Assembly: GCA_951406725.2 (NCBI GenBank)
Contig: OX597835.1
Location: 1,426,001-1,490,000 of the forward strand
DNA length: 64,000 bases
Direction: 5' to 3'
Source of the DNA: Octopus vulgaris
Lineage: Eukaryota
Each line of letters begins with the position of its first letter. Position 1 is the first letter of the stretch. The notes under the pieces are model-generated. The model had not been told where the DNA came from. It saw nothing but the letters and a program-made list of their open reading frames with translations, and searched no databases. Made by a program: the position numbers and the translations under genes. Below are positions 19,090 to 32,147 of this stretch, one piece after another.

Positions 19090-19381
19090 GGGTGGAGGGA
19101 CATGGCCTAGTGGTTAGAGCAGCGGACTCGCGGGCTCGAATCTCAGACCGGCCGATGTGTGTGTTTATGAGCGAAAACACCAAAGTTCCACGCGGCTCCG
19201 GCAGAAGGTAATGGCGAACTTCTGCTGACTCTCTCGCCACAACTTTCTCTCACTCTTTCCTCCTGCATCTTGCAGCTCACCTGCGACGGACTGGCGTCCC
19301 GTACAGGTGGGGAACCTATACGCCAAGGAAACCGGGAAACCGGCCCTTATGAGCCAGGCATGGCTCGGGAAGGAACAAACA
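19090..19381 (+). mobile_element. tRNA-derived SINE of a second family
   Basis: A box tggcctagtggttagagc, B-box-like ggctcgaatc, 3' motif cctgcgacggactggcgtcccgtacagg, terminal hairpin gagcca-ggca-tggctc and an (AAC)-like tail. Confidence 0.8.
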
Positions 19382-20280
19382 TAGATGGGGAAATCAATTC
19401 GTAATTTTATCAATGAAGAAATAATTTGGGTATAAATTGTGATGTTATTATTTATTAACAAAAATTTTAATTATGATGAGTAGGGTAAGGCTTAATTGGT
19501 CAGCTAATATTTAAAAACAACGGCGGTGTTTGGGTCTCTTAAAGTTATCAATAAAATAGAAAACAAATTTCAGAATATTTTCAAGGAATGAATTGTCTAA
19601 GGGGCCTTAAATACTAAGGGAGATAATAAACAGAGCCGTACGCTTTGGAATCTGTTCTTCTGTGGTGAAAGCACCTGAGATGCAATTTCTACCTGAGAAA
19701 GTAATTAGCTAAACTTTAAAAAATTTTCATTTTTATGAAATATAGCTGAACGGAGGTAAGCGTGTAAAAAATTTAACCATTAAAATATACGAAGTGCTCT
19801 CCATAATTTATTTCAGCATTTGAATATTAACATAACATAACGAAGCTTTTAAGATAAATATCTGGTTTAAAAAATAATAATGAAATTATTGTATACAGTG
19901 CTCAGGTGCACCACAACAGATTATAAGATATAATCTACAATGTATAACATATAACATATAAATATAATATAACACACTACACACTGTATAATATATATGA
20001 AGAGTTGGTAAAATATTGCAATATACGAAAAATATTAAAATATTGAAATTTACGAAAAGCATATGAATATTTGGTAATTGTGGAATGAAAATAGGTGTTT
20101 ATATATATATATATACACATACATATATTCACACCCAACACACACAGACATAGTTTATCCATATATACACACCTATATACATACACGTGTATATATAAGA
20201 TAAAATAAAAGAACATGTTCATATATATATACATATACACACACCCAAAACAGAATCGTATTTATACAAACATACATACA

Positions 20281-21221
20281 TCATCATCATCGTTTAACGT
20301 CCGCTTTCCATGCTAGCATGGGTTGGACGATTTTAACTGAGGGCTGGCGAACCAGATGGCTGCACCAGGCTCCAATCTTGATCTGGCAGAGTTTCTACAG
20401 CTGGATGCCCTTCCTAATGCCAACCACTTCGTGAGTGTAGTGGGTGCTTTTTACGGGCCACCAGCACAGGTGCCGTGCGAGGCTAGCAACATATATGTGC
20501 GTATATATATAGATGTATGTGTATGTATATGTATATATATATATATATATATCATCGTTAACGTCCGCTTTCCATGCTAGCATCGGTTGGACGATTTGAC
20601 TGAGGACTGGCAAACCAGGTGGCTGCACCAGGCTTCAATCTTGATCTGGCAGAGTTTCTACAGCTGGATGCCCTTCCTAATGCCAACCACTCTGAAAGTT
20701 TAGTGGGTGCTTTCACATGCCACCAGCACGAAGGCCAGTAAGGCAGTACTGGCAACGGTCATGCTCAAATGGTGCTTTTTACGTGCCACCTGCACAGGAG
20801 CCAGTCCAGCGGCACTGGCAATGACCTTGCTCGAATGTTTTCTCACGTGCCAGTAAGGCGACGCAGGTAACGATCACGCTTGAATGGTGCTTTTTACGTG
20901 CCACCAGCACAGAAGCCAGTTTGTTGTTCTGGCAACGATCACGCTCAGTTGGTGCTCTTAGCGCTCCACTAGCACGGATGCCAGTCATCGAATTTGATTT
21001 CACTTGCCTTGACAGGTCTTTGCAAGAAGAGTTTAGTGTCCAATGAAGGAAAGGTATGTATAAGTGGGCTGGTTACACCCCTGGCATAGGCCATGGGTCA
21101 TGGTCTCACTTGGGATTGCCGAGTCTTCTCAAGCACAGCATATTTCCAAAGGTCCCGGCCACCAGTCATTGCCTCGGTGAGGCCCAATGTTCGAAGGTCA
21201 TGCTTCACCACCTCATCCAGG
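20281..21221 (-). mobile_element. Two tandem RTE LINE 3' ends
   Basis: (CAT)n tails at 20281 and 20551; the second copy extends through the repeat-bearing 3' UTR to the end of the ORF (WDEVVKHDLR codons). Confidence 0.88.
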
Positions 21222-21249
21222 CCTTATACACATATACACACATTATATA

Positions 21250-21439
21250 TGTAGTGGGCTGAATGAAAGATATGATAACAGATATGATGTAGCCCAGCAG
21301 TTAATATAGTGTGGAGATGTAACACTTTAAGCTTCTCGCGTCGGAGTCACCAGTGAACCTCAAAGAATCAACACCAAGAAGGAAGAAATATTATTTACAT
21401 ATGTTTATTCGTTTGTCCAACAGGTAGTTAAAGACTACA
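21250..21439. mobile_element. 190-bp element with TGTAGT...ACTACA termini (solo-LTR-like)
   Basis: 6-bp terminal inverted repeat beginning TG and ending CA, embedded in TA/CA repeats; no clear TSD. Confidence 0.45.
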
Positions 21440-21594
21440 CACACACACACATATATATATATACACACTTTATATACATATATATACACACATTATATAT
21501 AATAATAATAGTAATATGAGGGAATATTATTCCAAACTTACAGGGAAAAATTCAATTTAGAAATACTAAATCAAGTTTTATAAAATATAATATA

Positions 21595-21778
21595 TATATA
21601 TATAAATTAGAAAAAAACCCCACCTTTTATCAATTCAATAACGTTTTATTTACTTTTTTGCAAATTACTTAATCATTGTTATATGTTTTATCTTATATTC
21701 AACCTTTCTATAATATGTAAATTTACATTATTGAATTGATAAAAAGTGGTTTTTTCTTCTAATTTATATATATATATA
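21595..21778. repeat. Inverted-repeat element with ~45-bp arms flanked by (TA)n
   Basis: taaattagaaaaaaaccccaccttttatcaattcaataa versus ttattgaattgataaaaagtggtttttttcttctaattta. Confidence 0.75.
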
Positions 21779-22929
21779 TATGTCATATTTTGAGTTGTAT
21801 TTTACCTGTTTGCATCACCATAAATATACATAAGAATGGAGAAAGTCCCATTTTTAGTTGGTGATTGCACCATCCTAGACTGATGATTGTTTCTGTTTTA
21901 TGAACATATTTACAAACTGAATATTCCAGTGAAATTCATATTTCCGAAAATATATGTTAACACGTTTTCAAGGCAATTCAAAATTAGTTGAGTTGAAAGG
22001 GAACTAAGAAAATATCTCTTGTCGATGAATGCATATCAAAAGAATATTAAGAAGTATTTTTGTCCTACGCTCCAAATTTCTTTCAATTCTGAAAAACTAT
22101 ATTTGAATTTACTTGTCATACAAGAAGAATTGTCTTAGATGTTTATTCTACTTGCATTTATTGGTATCCGATTGTTGGATACAGTTGACCAAATTTGTTT
22201 AACACTGAATGCTTTATAGATATAGGCCTGGATTTTACAAAAATCCCTTTCAATTCTTATTACACACTTTTCTCTTTTTCTTACTGTCCATTGTGAGTCA
22301 TCTGACACATGCTACTCATATAGTTAAAGGGTTGAACTAGTGTCATTATTTCATTGTAATTCTGGGCAAGATCAACAACCTAAGCTTGATTGCCTTCACT
22401 GACAAGTTTCATTGACGTGTAAACAATGATATCTACTTATGTAAATATTTTCCCCCTGGCATCATCTGAACTTACAAACTTGTCAGTTTTTTTTTTTAAT
22501 CTGTTTTTCTTGCTTTCTCTTTCTGAGGTCACTAAAAACAACAAAAAACAAAAAAAGTCTGTTTGAAGTTGGTATCTTGACTTTTCCACAGACTGTAATT
22601 GGGTGAAAGGACCTGGAGATGAGCCAGATGCTTTCTGGCAATGAGGATTGTCACGAACCATTGAGGTGGGCTTTGCTATCAGTTTTTTTGTTTTCTCTCA
22701 ACCATTTTGATTAGTTCCAATCAGAAATACCTTTGCATGGCAAACAGGAAGTAAGTAACCACTCTTTTTTTCAACTTCCATTGTAGTGTTTTGATCAGCT
22801 GCTGGTCCTACACATTCAGCTCCCAGCAGATCCACAATTGCTTCTAGAATAAGGATTAGCTTAAAGTATACTGTGCTCGGGTGCACCACGGCCAGTTGGG
22901 AAAGGGTGAGAGGGGACAGACTGGGGTGA

Positions 22930-23255
22930 GGAGACGTAGCCATGAGGTAAGAAGTTTGTTCCCCAACCGCATGATTCTGAGTTCAGTCCAACTGCGTGGC
23001 ACCTCAGGCAAATGTCTTCTACTCTGACCTGAGGCTGACCAAAACCTCTTGAGTGAATTTGGTTGATGGAAGCTGAAAAGAAGCCTGACCTGTAAGTGAA
23101 CATATTTGTGTCTGTTTGTCTCCCACCACTGCTTGACAACTGGCGTTGGTGTATTTTTTATGCCTCTGTAACTTAGTGGTTTGGCAAGAGAGATCGATAG
23201 AATAAGTACCAGAGTTCAAAAAGGAAAAAGTACTGGGGTCACTTCAACTAAAAAC
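22930..23255 (+). mobile_element. CORE-type SINE (OR2-like), diverged
   Basis: Same head, CORE-like segment and body motifs as 15595. Confidence 0.8.
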
Positions 23256-23819
23256 AGCCAAATAAATGAAAGAAAACAAAGAAAAAAAGAACAAGGTGAA
23301 GAGTAAAAGAGCCCCAAAGAGGGATGAGTGCACAGTTTTGTGGGGAGTGGAGTTAATGAAGTTTGGGAAGCCAGCAATTTCCTGGAATAAACTTAGTTTA
23401 TTCCATACTTTGACATTTCTGAGTGTGAAAAAATATTTTTCTGTATTTTTATTTTATTTTCTTAACATGTCAGCATGTAGATGAGGCGTTGAATTTAAGA
23501 AAGGTGACCAAAGTTGCTGAAAAGATGGTGGATCATCTTGTGGGCTTCTACCGAGGAGTCAGCATCGAAACTTTGGTGTGTTGATACCTAGAGAAGTAAT
23601 ACATTCAAGATATGGTAAGTGGCTGGGGAAAGGTATACATGTCTCTAGGCAGCTTCTTTTAGATCAATGTCCTGGACAAAATGGGGATTCATTAACTGCT
23701 GTGATAATCTTGAAGTTATTTTAGCGAGTTCCCACCAAAAGATCAACAAATCAACAGGATTTGCTAACATTGAAGTCCAACTGCTACCTTGGTCACCTAA
23801 GTAACGGAAATTATCTTAT

Positions 23820-24023
23820 TTCTTTATTGCCCACAAAGGGCTACACACAAGGACAGACAAAGAGATTAAGTCGATTACATCAACCCCAGTGTGTAACTGG
23901 TACTTAATTTATTGACCCCGAAAGGATGAAAGGCAAAGTTGACCTCGGTGGAATTTGAACTCAGAACATAACGCCAGACGAAATACCGCTAAGCATTTCG
24001 TCCGTCGTGCTAATGTTTCTGCC
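23820..24023 (-). mobile_element. Meta-domain-type SINE
   Basis: Minus strand reads gagttcaaattccaccgaggtcaactttgcctttcatcctttcggggtcaataaa..aagtacc; further copies near 37095, 40950, 46862 and 52460. Confidence 0.75.
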
Positions 24024-24039
24024 TGTTAACATTCACCTC

Positions 24040-26170
24040 TCCTTTGACATTTGAGGGAGTCTATTTCCTGTGTATTCCTGGTGTTTAATGGACCAGCACA
24101 TCAGTCACTTATAAGACTACTTCATGTGGTACCACTGCACCTCTTATGTGTCCGTTGCTTGCACTGAGTTCACAGCATGGAGTTTCTACCAACACATTTT
24201 CTACATATTGAGTAGGGCCATCTCTGATTTGTTTGTTTTCCTACTTGCTAGGACTTTGGTCTCTGCTAAATTAACTCTAAGGCCTTTTGATTCAAGACTT
24301 TGCTTCCACACCTTAAATTTCCTCTCTAGTTCAGGTAGTGATTCAGCAATAACAACAAGGTCATCAGTGTAGAAAAGCTCCCAAAGGGAGCCTGTCTAAA
24401 ATTACTATATTATGGCCTAGAGGACCATGATAAACAAGAAGGGGCTGAGAACTGATCCCTGGTGAACTACCTGTATGCTAAATTCCTTGCTCTACTTATT
24501 GCCGACTTTTTACTGACAGCTTCCCCGTTCATGGCTTATACAGCTTTCATCAACCACTCATTTATCCTTAACTTCCACACTGCCCACCAAATAAGGGAGC
24601 AGGGGTCCCTATCAAAGTCTTTAGGTCAGCAAAAGCCAATTACAGACCATTTTATTTTTGACCAAAACCTTCTGCAGTTGCTTCTCCAGGAAAATAGCAT
24701 CAGTTGTGCTTCTTCCTGGCACAAAACGAAACTAACTCCCTTCCTGATAAATTGAAACTTTTATCAATTGGTCCAGCAACTTGATGCCTCTAACTATTTC
24801 TGTCTAAGGAGTCACCTTTACCTTTGTAGCAGTTGATTATAATGTTGCTACACCAGTTGTTAGGTATGACTCCTTTGTGGTCAACCTGATTAACGATACT
24901 TGTGGCTAAGTCATATCCCACTCTGCTTGATATTTTAAGGATCTCAGCGGTGATTCTTGATGGTTGGGGGATTTCCCTATCTTCATGTCCTTAATTGCTT
25001 TACCTTCGAAGTTACTGTCGATTTGGATAGCTGATCCCTTCTTGGATCCATGCTAAGCAGGCTCTCCTCCCATGCATTCTCTACATTTAGTAACCTTTCA
25101 TAGCGGCACTTCCAAGCCTCCTCCTTTGCAGAATCACAAACTGCAAGTGAGCCATCATCCATGCAAACACACTTCCTTCCTACATCACAATTTTCTCTGA
25201 TTCGTTGCAATCTGAAACACCTCAAGCCTCTGCTTCTCAGGCCACAGAACATTGGTAAACTTTATTTCTGCTTCTCCCCTCGCTAAGTATACCCATCTTC
25301 TAGCTTTCCTTCAGTCTACCTGATACACTTCTCTGCTATCACCATTCTTCCAAGCCTGTTTCTTTGTTGTCTTCTACACTGTTTCACCACCACATCGCCC
25401 TACGTCTGATTAGAATTTGTCACTAGCCACAGATTTGGTCTGTGGCACAAGTTGTGCTGAGGAACTTCCAGTTGTCCTCTATGTTACATGTCTGTAGCTT
25501 CTCCTCATCATTAAATCTCTCAACTGGGGCATCTCCAAAACTGACTATTTAAAGGATTCTTAACCCTTTTGTTACCCTATTTCTGTTGAGATGCTCTTCT
25601 GTGTTTCTTTCAATTACTTTAAATACAACAAAGAATTTAGTAAAATAATTTAGTCATCATTCAGCTAGCGTTAGGAACATAAATTGTGACTAAGGTTTGG
25701 TGGAAGATCTTAATTCAAAATTTATGAAAACAAGACATTTGTACTACAAAGCCAGAGCTGGGTTGGTATCAAAAGGTTTAAGCTTCTAAACCCTTCTTCT
25801 CCAAGTGGGTCTGCTTCTTGGAATCCTTCTAGCCTAAAGTCTGATGTTGCTAACGGGTAACCTATAATGAGGGGTACATTCTTCACTAGGGAAGGTCTTT
25901 GCATTTATGAGCAACCATGTATCTCGTTTTTTGCCGAGAATGTTGTCAATCTGGTTAGCGTAGTCACCAGATTTGTAGGTTATCGGGTGACTGGCTGGTG
26001 TCGTGAAGTTGGTGCTGCAAATCATTGGGTAATTTTTTGCATCACAGAACTCCAGTAGCGTTGCTGCCTCTTCATTTCGGAAATCAATTCCATGGCTCTC
26101 AATGTAAACTATGGAAAACACCCAGGGGCTGCCCAACATGTCTATTGAAATGACCAGCCACAAAGATAAG
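24040..26170 (-). mobile_element. Degenerate RTE LINE (endonuclease and RT regions)
   Basis: WELFYTDDLVVIAES..WKQSLESKGLRVNLAETKV (RT) and RNEE..LLEFCD..ITYKSG..QID (APE); many stops and frameshifts. Confidence 0.85.
25560..25781. mobile_element. TTAA-flanked MITE nested in the RTE
   Basis: ttaacccttttgttacc ... ggtatcaaaaggtttaa imperfect TIRs with TTAA at both ends; relatives near 11181 and 48890-49050. Confidence 0.8.
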
Positions 26171-26329
26171 GTTCAGCTGTGGGAAAGGAGCCACAGTGGT
26201 AGCACCTGGTGAGATGCAGAACTTCAGGCAGAAAGCACTGCACAGAATTGGAAGTCTCTCAGCACCTGCGTCACAGCCAATTCTTTGAGAGGGGCAACAC
26301 TGCCAATAGCATCCCAGAGAACCAATCTC

Positions 26330-26920
26330 ACCCAGTGAGAGATTGAATCAAATGGCCTAAGAGGAATGAAATGAAGGAATGGCAATTAGACGAAGACCTC
26401 GACAAAATGTTAGATTGCATAGCAGAAGAGAAGAGAGAGATGCATTACCTGAGGGGAGAAATCAAGAGTTTCATTAAGCAGTATAACAGAGCTCCTGCCG
26501 ACAAGGGAGAAGGCACCAAAGACCTAACAAGTCAGTTCTGAGAACATCTGAGCAGGCTTTGAAGGGCGGAAAGCACCCAGAAGCAGAGGAAAGAAAGGTT
26601 TTAGAGATGTAGAAGCATTTCTGAAGGAGACCACAAAAGCCAATCCCTGTATGTCAAGCCAAAGGTCAGTAGAGCTGAATTACCAGGAAACAAGTCTAAC
26701 ATCAACTGTCGATCCTTAAAAGAAGCGGAGGCAGATCAGGATCAGCTCTGGCCCCAAGTGGTATACATTATAAAGTATACAAGAAACACCCACAGCTCCT
26801 TCAGAGGCTGTGGACTCTGCTCCAAAATGTTTGGACAAAGGCAATTATTCTTCAAGTTGGAAGAAGGCAGAAGGATATTCTGTGCCAAAGGAAGAAAACC
26901 CTTCAGCCATGAATTAACCA
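26330..26920 (+). mobile_element. Hero (R2-group) LINE fragment
   Basis: Frameshifted L.RAE..KQRKER and ARSGSA.GPSGIHYKVYKKHPQLLQRLWTLLQNVW..IFVPKEEN motifs, typical of the region preceding the Hero RT. Confidence 0.65.
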
Positions 26921-27379
26921 AGTCTGAAGTGTTGAGGGGGGGGGGATCATCTTGAACACTTTTGATATTGTTTTTCAGCTTTCTATGTTTGAAACGATTC
27001 CTAATCTATGCTTTCAAGAACATATTTCTGCTAAATATTTAAAAAAAATGTATTTTAAAGAGTTATGAAGGAACAAAGTTGCAAAGGAAAGGGAATAATT
27101 TGAAACTCCCTTCAACAATTAAAGGATATGGAATAAAAAAAAACTACATATTATCAGCATAATCAAAATTTATGTCCTTGAAAACATATCTCTGCAAAAG
27201 TTTTAAAAATTTGCTTTTTCAGAAAGTTATGAGGAAACAAATCAATCTGCAATCGTTGCCTTTTACTCGGTGCTCTACCGACTTTCTTGATTCACCAATT
27301 TGAGGTTCCATGTCTAGCGTGGGCCAATAGCAAATAGATCATTTGGTATTGGGCCACACAGAAAGAATAATTTTTTCAT

Positions 27380-27610
27380 GGTGCATGGCTCGTGAGGTTG
27401 TGAGTTCAATTCCTGGACTGGGCTGTGTGTTGTGTCCTTGAGCAAGACACTTTATTTCACGTTGCTCCAGTTCACTCAGCTGTAGAAATGAGTTGCACCA
27501 TCACTGGTTGCCTTTCCCTTGGACAACATCAGTGGCATGGAGAGGGGAGACTGCTGGACTTGTACCTTGGAGGGGACTTTTTAGGTGCAACCCCATGGTC
27601 ATTTCTGATA
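27380..27610 (+). mobile_element. CORE-type SINE fragment within hAT-like MITE remnants
   Basis: gagttcaattcctgg..gtgtccttgagcaagacactt; flanking Charlie-like end motifs near 27320, 27680 and 28140. Confidence 0.65.
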
Positions 27611-28734
27611 TACATGTAATAATTAAATTATGCAGTCTATGGAAAAATTCTCTTGTATGAAACAGGTCCATTGGTGCAAAAAGGTTGCCAATCACTGTTC
27701 CAGACCATTCCCACTGACAAGGCATTTCAGCCATGACTTTCCAGCCTTTTTTAAGGTGTAGTAACTTCAGAACATTATTCTGTGTCCTTCATTTTCTTCT
27801 TAATGGTAGGATATAATTTGAGAGAATTTTGGTTGTTATTTCTAGCTGATCAAACTGACTTCCTGTGGCAGTGGAGACCTCCAGTGTTCTTGGCCCCAAG
27901 AGCGTATCCCTGTTCACTGCTATCAGGGCAGAGATGGCCGTTCCGGCACATCTCCCTTGCCATCCTCCAGGGCAATGCCCTTACCATTTTGTCTGCTGGG
28001 GCCCATGAGAAACGTTTCCATATTGTGAGGCTCTCACTGTTGCAACCACCACCAACAAATAACACCACATGAACCTTTTGTTTTGTTATGTGATTCCCCT
28101 GATCTCTTGCCTCACATGAAACTGGCCCAGGGTTTAAAAAATGGTTGGTGATTGCTGTTATAGAAGAGAAATGAATGATAGCAGGGACTAGGCCCCTCCT
28201 CTCTAATTAGAACGTTCTTCTTCACTTCCTTTAAGATGAATGGTTAGTAAGGTTCTTGTGACATAAACTTCAGCATTGACATGGAACTGATGCAGTCCCA
28301 TGTGGTGCTGTGGTCGTATAGAACGGTAAGAACAACAACAACAAATAATAAATGATTAAAAAGTAGAATAAAAATTTAATAGTTAAATTTTTCTGCAACA
28401 AAAAAAAAAAATAAAATAAAAGAATGTGATTTTCATGTGTTGCCATGGAACCAAAACAAAAGGGAAAAAGAAAGATAAATGTTATGAACGATGTTGAATG
28501 AAGTTGAATGAAGCAGAGTTTCGTTTCTCAACATTTGTCCTTTTCTGTATTTTTTTGTTTTATAGAATCGAATATGATTTGTCAAAAGATGAGATTGGGG
28601 GAGGGGGAGATGAAAAATAAGGATTCACTCTGGATGGCCAAATATGTAAACAGTCATTCTGCAGCTGTTTTGGTTGGGAAAATGAATTTTTGTTTTTTAT
28701 GAAGTCACTTGTTTTGATTTACATTCTTTTTGCT

Positions 28735-28767
28735 GTGTATATATGCATGTATATACATACACATACA

Positions 28768-28805
<38 letters not shown>

Positions 28806-28941
28806 CATACTTATATATATATATACATACATATATATACATACTTATATATATATATACATACATATATATATGCATACATATATATATACATACATAT
28901 ATATATGCATACATATATATATACATATATATGCATACATA

Positions 28942-28977
<36 letters not shown>

Positions 28978-29009
28978 CATACATATACATATATATATAC
29001 ATACATACA

Positions 29010-29044
<35 letters not shown>

Positions 29045-29118
29045 GTACATACATATATATACATATATATATACATATATATACATACATATATATATAT
29101 ATACATACATTTATATAT

Positions 29119-29149
<31 letters not shown>

Positions 29150-29210
29150 CATACATATATATACATATACATACATATATATACATATACATACATACAT
29201 ATACATATAC

Positions 29211-29263
<53 letters not shown>

Positions 29264-29296
29264 CATACATATATATACATACATACATATATATAC

Positions 29297-29341
<45 letters not shown>

Positions 29342-29391
29342 CATATATACATACATATATATACATACATACATATATATATATGTATATG

Positions 29392-29436
<45 letters not shown>

Positions 29437-29531
29437 GTATATATATGTATGTATATATAAGAATGCATATATATGTATGTATATATATGTATGTATGTAT
29501 ATGTATGTATATATATGTATGCATATATATG

Positions 29532-29562
<31 letters not shown>

Positions 29563-29639
29563 GTATGCATATATGTATGCATATATGTATGTATGTATGT
29601 ATGTATATGTATGTATGTATATGTATGTATATATATATG

Positions 29640-29670
<31 letters not shown>

Positions 29671-29779
29671 GTAGATATATGTATGTATATATATGTATGT
29701 ATGTATATATATATATATATGTATGTATATATATATATATATAAATGTATGTATATATATATATAAATGTATGTATATA

Positions 29780-29833
<54 letters not shown>

Positions 29834-29874
29834 TAATGTATGTATATATATATATATGTATATATATATGTATG

Positions 29875-29905
<31 letters not shown>

Positions 29906-30387
29906 ATATATATGTATGTATATATATATACATACATATATATATACATACATATATATATACATACATACATATATATACATACATATACATATATATA
30001 TATTTACATATACATATATATATACATACATATATATATACACATATATATACATACATATATATATACATATATATATACACATATATATATACATGTA
30101 TATACACACACACATATATATATGTGTATATATATATATATGTATATATATGTGTATATATATGTGTATATATATATGTATGTATATATATATATGTATG
30201 TATATATATATGTATATATATATGTGTATATGTATGTATATATATGTGTATATGTATATATATATATACATACATATATACATACATATATATATATACA
30301 TACATATACATATACATACATATATATATATACATACCTATATATACATATATATATATATATATACATACATACACATATGTATAT

Positions 30388-30418
<31 letters not shown>

Positions 30419-30584
30419 CATACATACACATATGTATATATATATACATACATACACATATGTATATATACATACATACACATATGTATACATACATACA
30501 TATATACATACATACATATATATACATACATACATATATATGCATACATACATACATATATATACATACATACATATATATATG

Positions 30585-30622
<38 letters not shown>

Positions 30623-30671
30623 TATATACATATATATATATATATACACATATATATATACACACATATAT

Positions 30672-30752
<81 letters not shown>

Positions 30753-30790
30753 CATATATACATACATACATACATGTGTGTGTGTGTGTG
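28735..30790. repeat. ~2-kb compound (TACA)n/(TATG)n/(TA)n microsatellite with alternating polarity
   Basis: Direct inspection; strand polarity switches near 29383, 29930, 30120 and 30260. Confidence 0.97.
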
Positions 30791-32147
30791 TTTGCTTTTA
30801 TTTAAAATCTTTTTTGACCAAATAGAAAAGAAATGCATGGAAAGGGAGATGAATGAAAAAAAAGGAAAATAAAAATTAATTTTTCTGGGGTTGGGGAAAA
30901 CCGGAGAACTTCGTCATAGAACCGATCCAGGCATGACGGAGACGTCAGAAACAGATCATTGAAGCAAATGGTGTCACAGACCAGGCCTTTTGCAGCTATA
31001 CCGTAACTCTTAACACCAGGTTAAAGGGGCTGCGAAAACCCTTATCCTTTGCCAGTCAGCCGTTAAGCATTCATTCAAGAGGTGACATCTGATGGAGGGG
31101 GTGGGTGTATCCCTAACCGCACAATAACATAGATCACTATGGTAACAGAAGACATAACAATGGGTGGGGGGGTCTATGGTAAGGGGTTTGTTCTATATTA
31201 AAATAACACCTTGTCAGAAATAAATTATTAATCTTACATCACAGGACAGTTTTGGTTTTACCCACTCAAATGATTATGCATTCCATCATTAACAGCTCAT
31301 TAACTTCTTCTTAACGAAGATAGAATCACAGAGTCCAGCATGGAGATTGGAGCCGTCTTTTAACTCTCTCACTGTGGTGGTCTTCAAATTTCACTGGGAG
31401 TAACTTTGCCCATCATCACCTTTGGATGAGGATGGGCTATATCGGGTGAATCCACCACAAGAGGGAGGCAAGTACTGAAGTGTAGTTGGTAAGCAGAAGT
31501 TAGTATTACTATTTGGATTGAATGACTAGTAACAACTGTTCCACTCCTGCCAATAATGCATTTGGGAAAGGCCAGACTAGCACAGGGAGTCAATACAGCT
31601 AATTGCCAGCGGATGAAAGTCATTTCCTTATAATAAACTAATAAACACCTTATTAGCCTTGTTATTGTGTGAAATAAATATTTTATCCTTCAATAAATTG
31701 AAGATACCAGTCATGTGATTTAATCACTCCTTAAAACGAAAACCAAAGGCCTAATCTTCAAATAATCATCTACTCGTTAGTGCTTATAGTCTTAATTACT
31801 GTTGTGCATTTGGAGATCTCAATACTAGATTTAACCAAATCTAGCCGAGAGCTTCAAACTAACACTTTAACTTTCAATAGTTTACCTCCAGAGAATTTCA
31901 CTCAAGTTCCAGTAGCCTTTGGTAGTTCTTCCAATGAGTTGATAGCTTGACTGGGACATTGGCGCTCACAGCTTTTGATGAACATGTAAGCGTTAATGTC
32001 TTTTGTAAAATTTCATTGTGAATTAGAATCACTGGAAAGAATGTGATGATAAGCAGTGAACACATTTAGCAGCCATCTGTCTGTTGTAGTTGACAGAATG
32101 AAGAAATAGCCCAAGTCGACAGGAAGTATACTGCTATCTCCAGATGG

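Noticed and set aside
20700-20980. CRISPR-like repeat-spacer appearance of ~57-nt units
   Set aside because: Eukaryotic context, units are degenerate along their whole length with no unique spacers, and they belong to the RTE 3' UTR.
22592-22790. Plus-strand splice-like signals (ttccacag|, gag|gtgggc, gaa|gtaagt)
   Set aside because: All frames close quickly and one implied intron is only about 36 nt; cannot be supported without RNA data.
28690-30872. Overlapping 250-640 aa ORFs on both strands
   Set aside because: Same microsatellite artefact.
30890-32147. Possible LTR-retrotransposon remnant or extra gene downstream of KAT7
   Set aside because: No sustained ORF or diagnostic motif, and no clear LTR termini.
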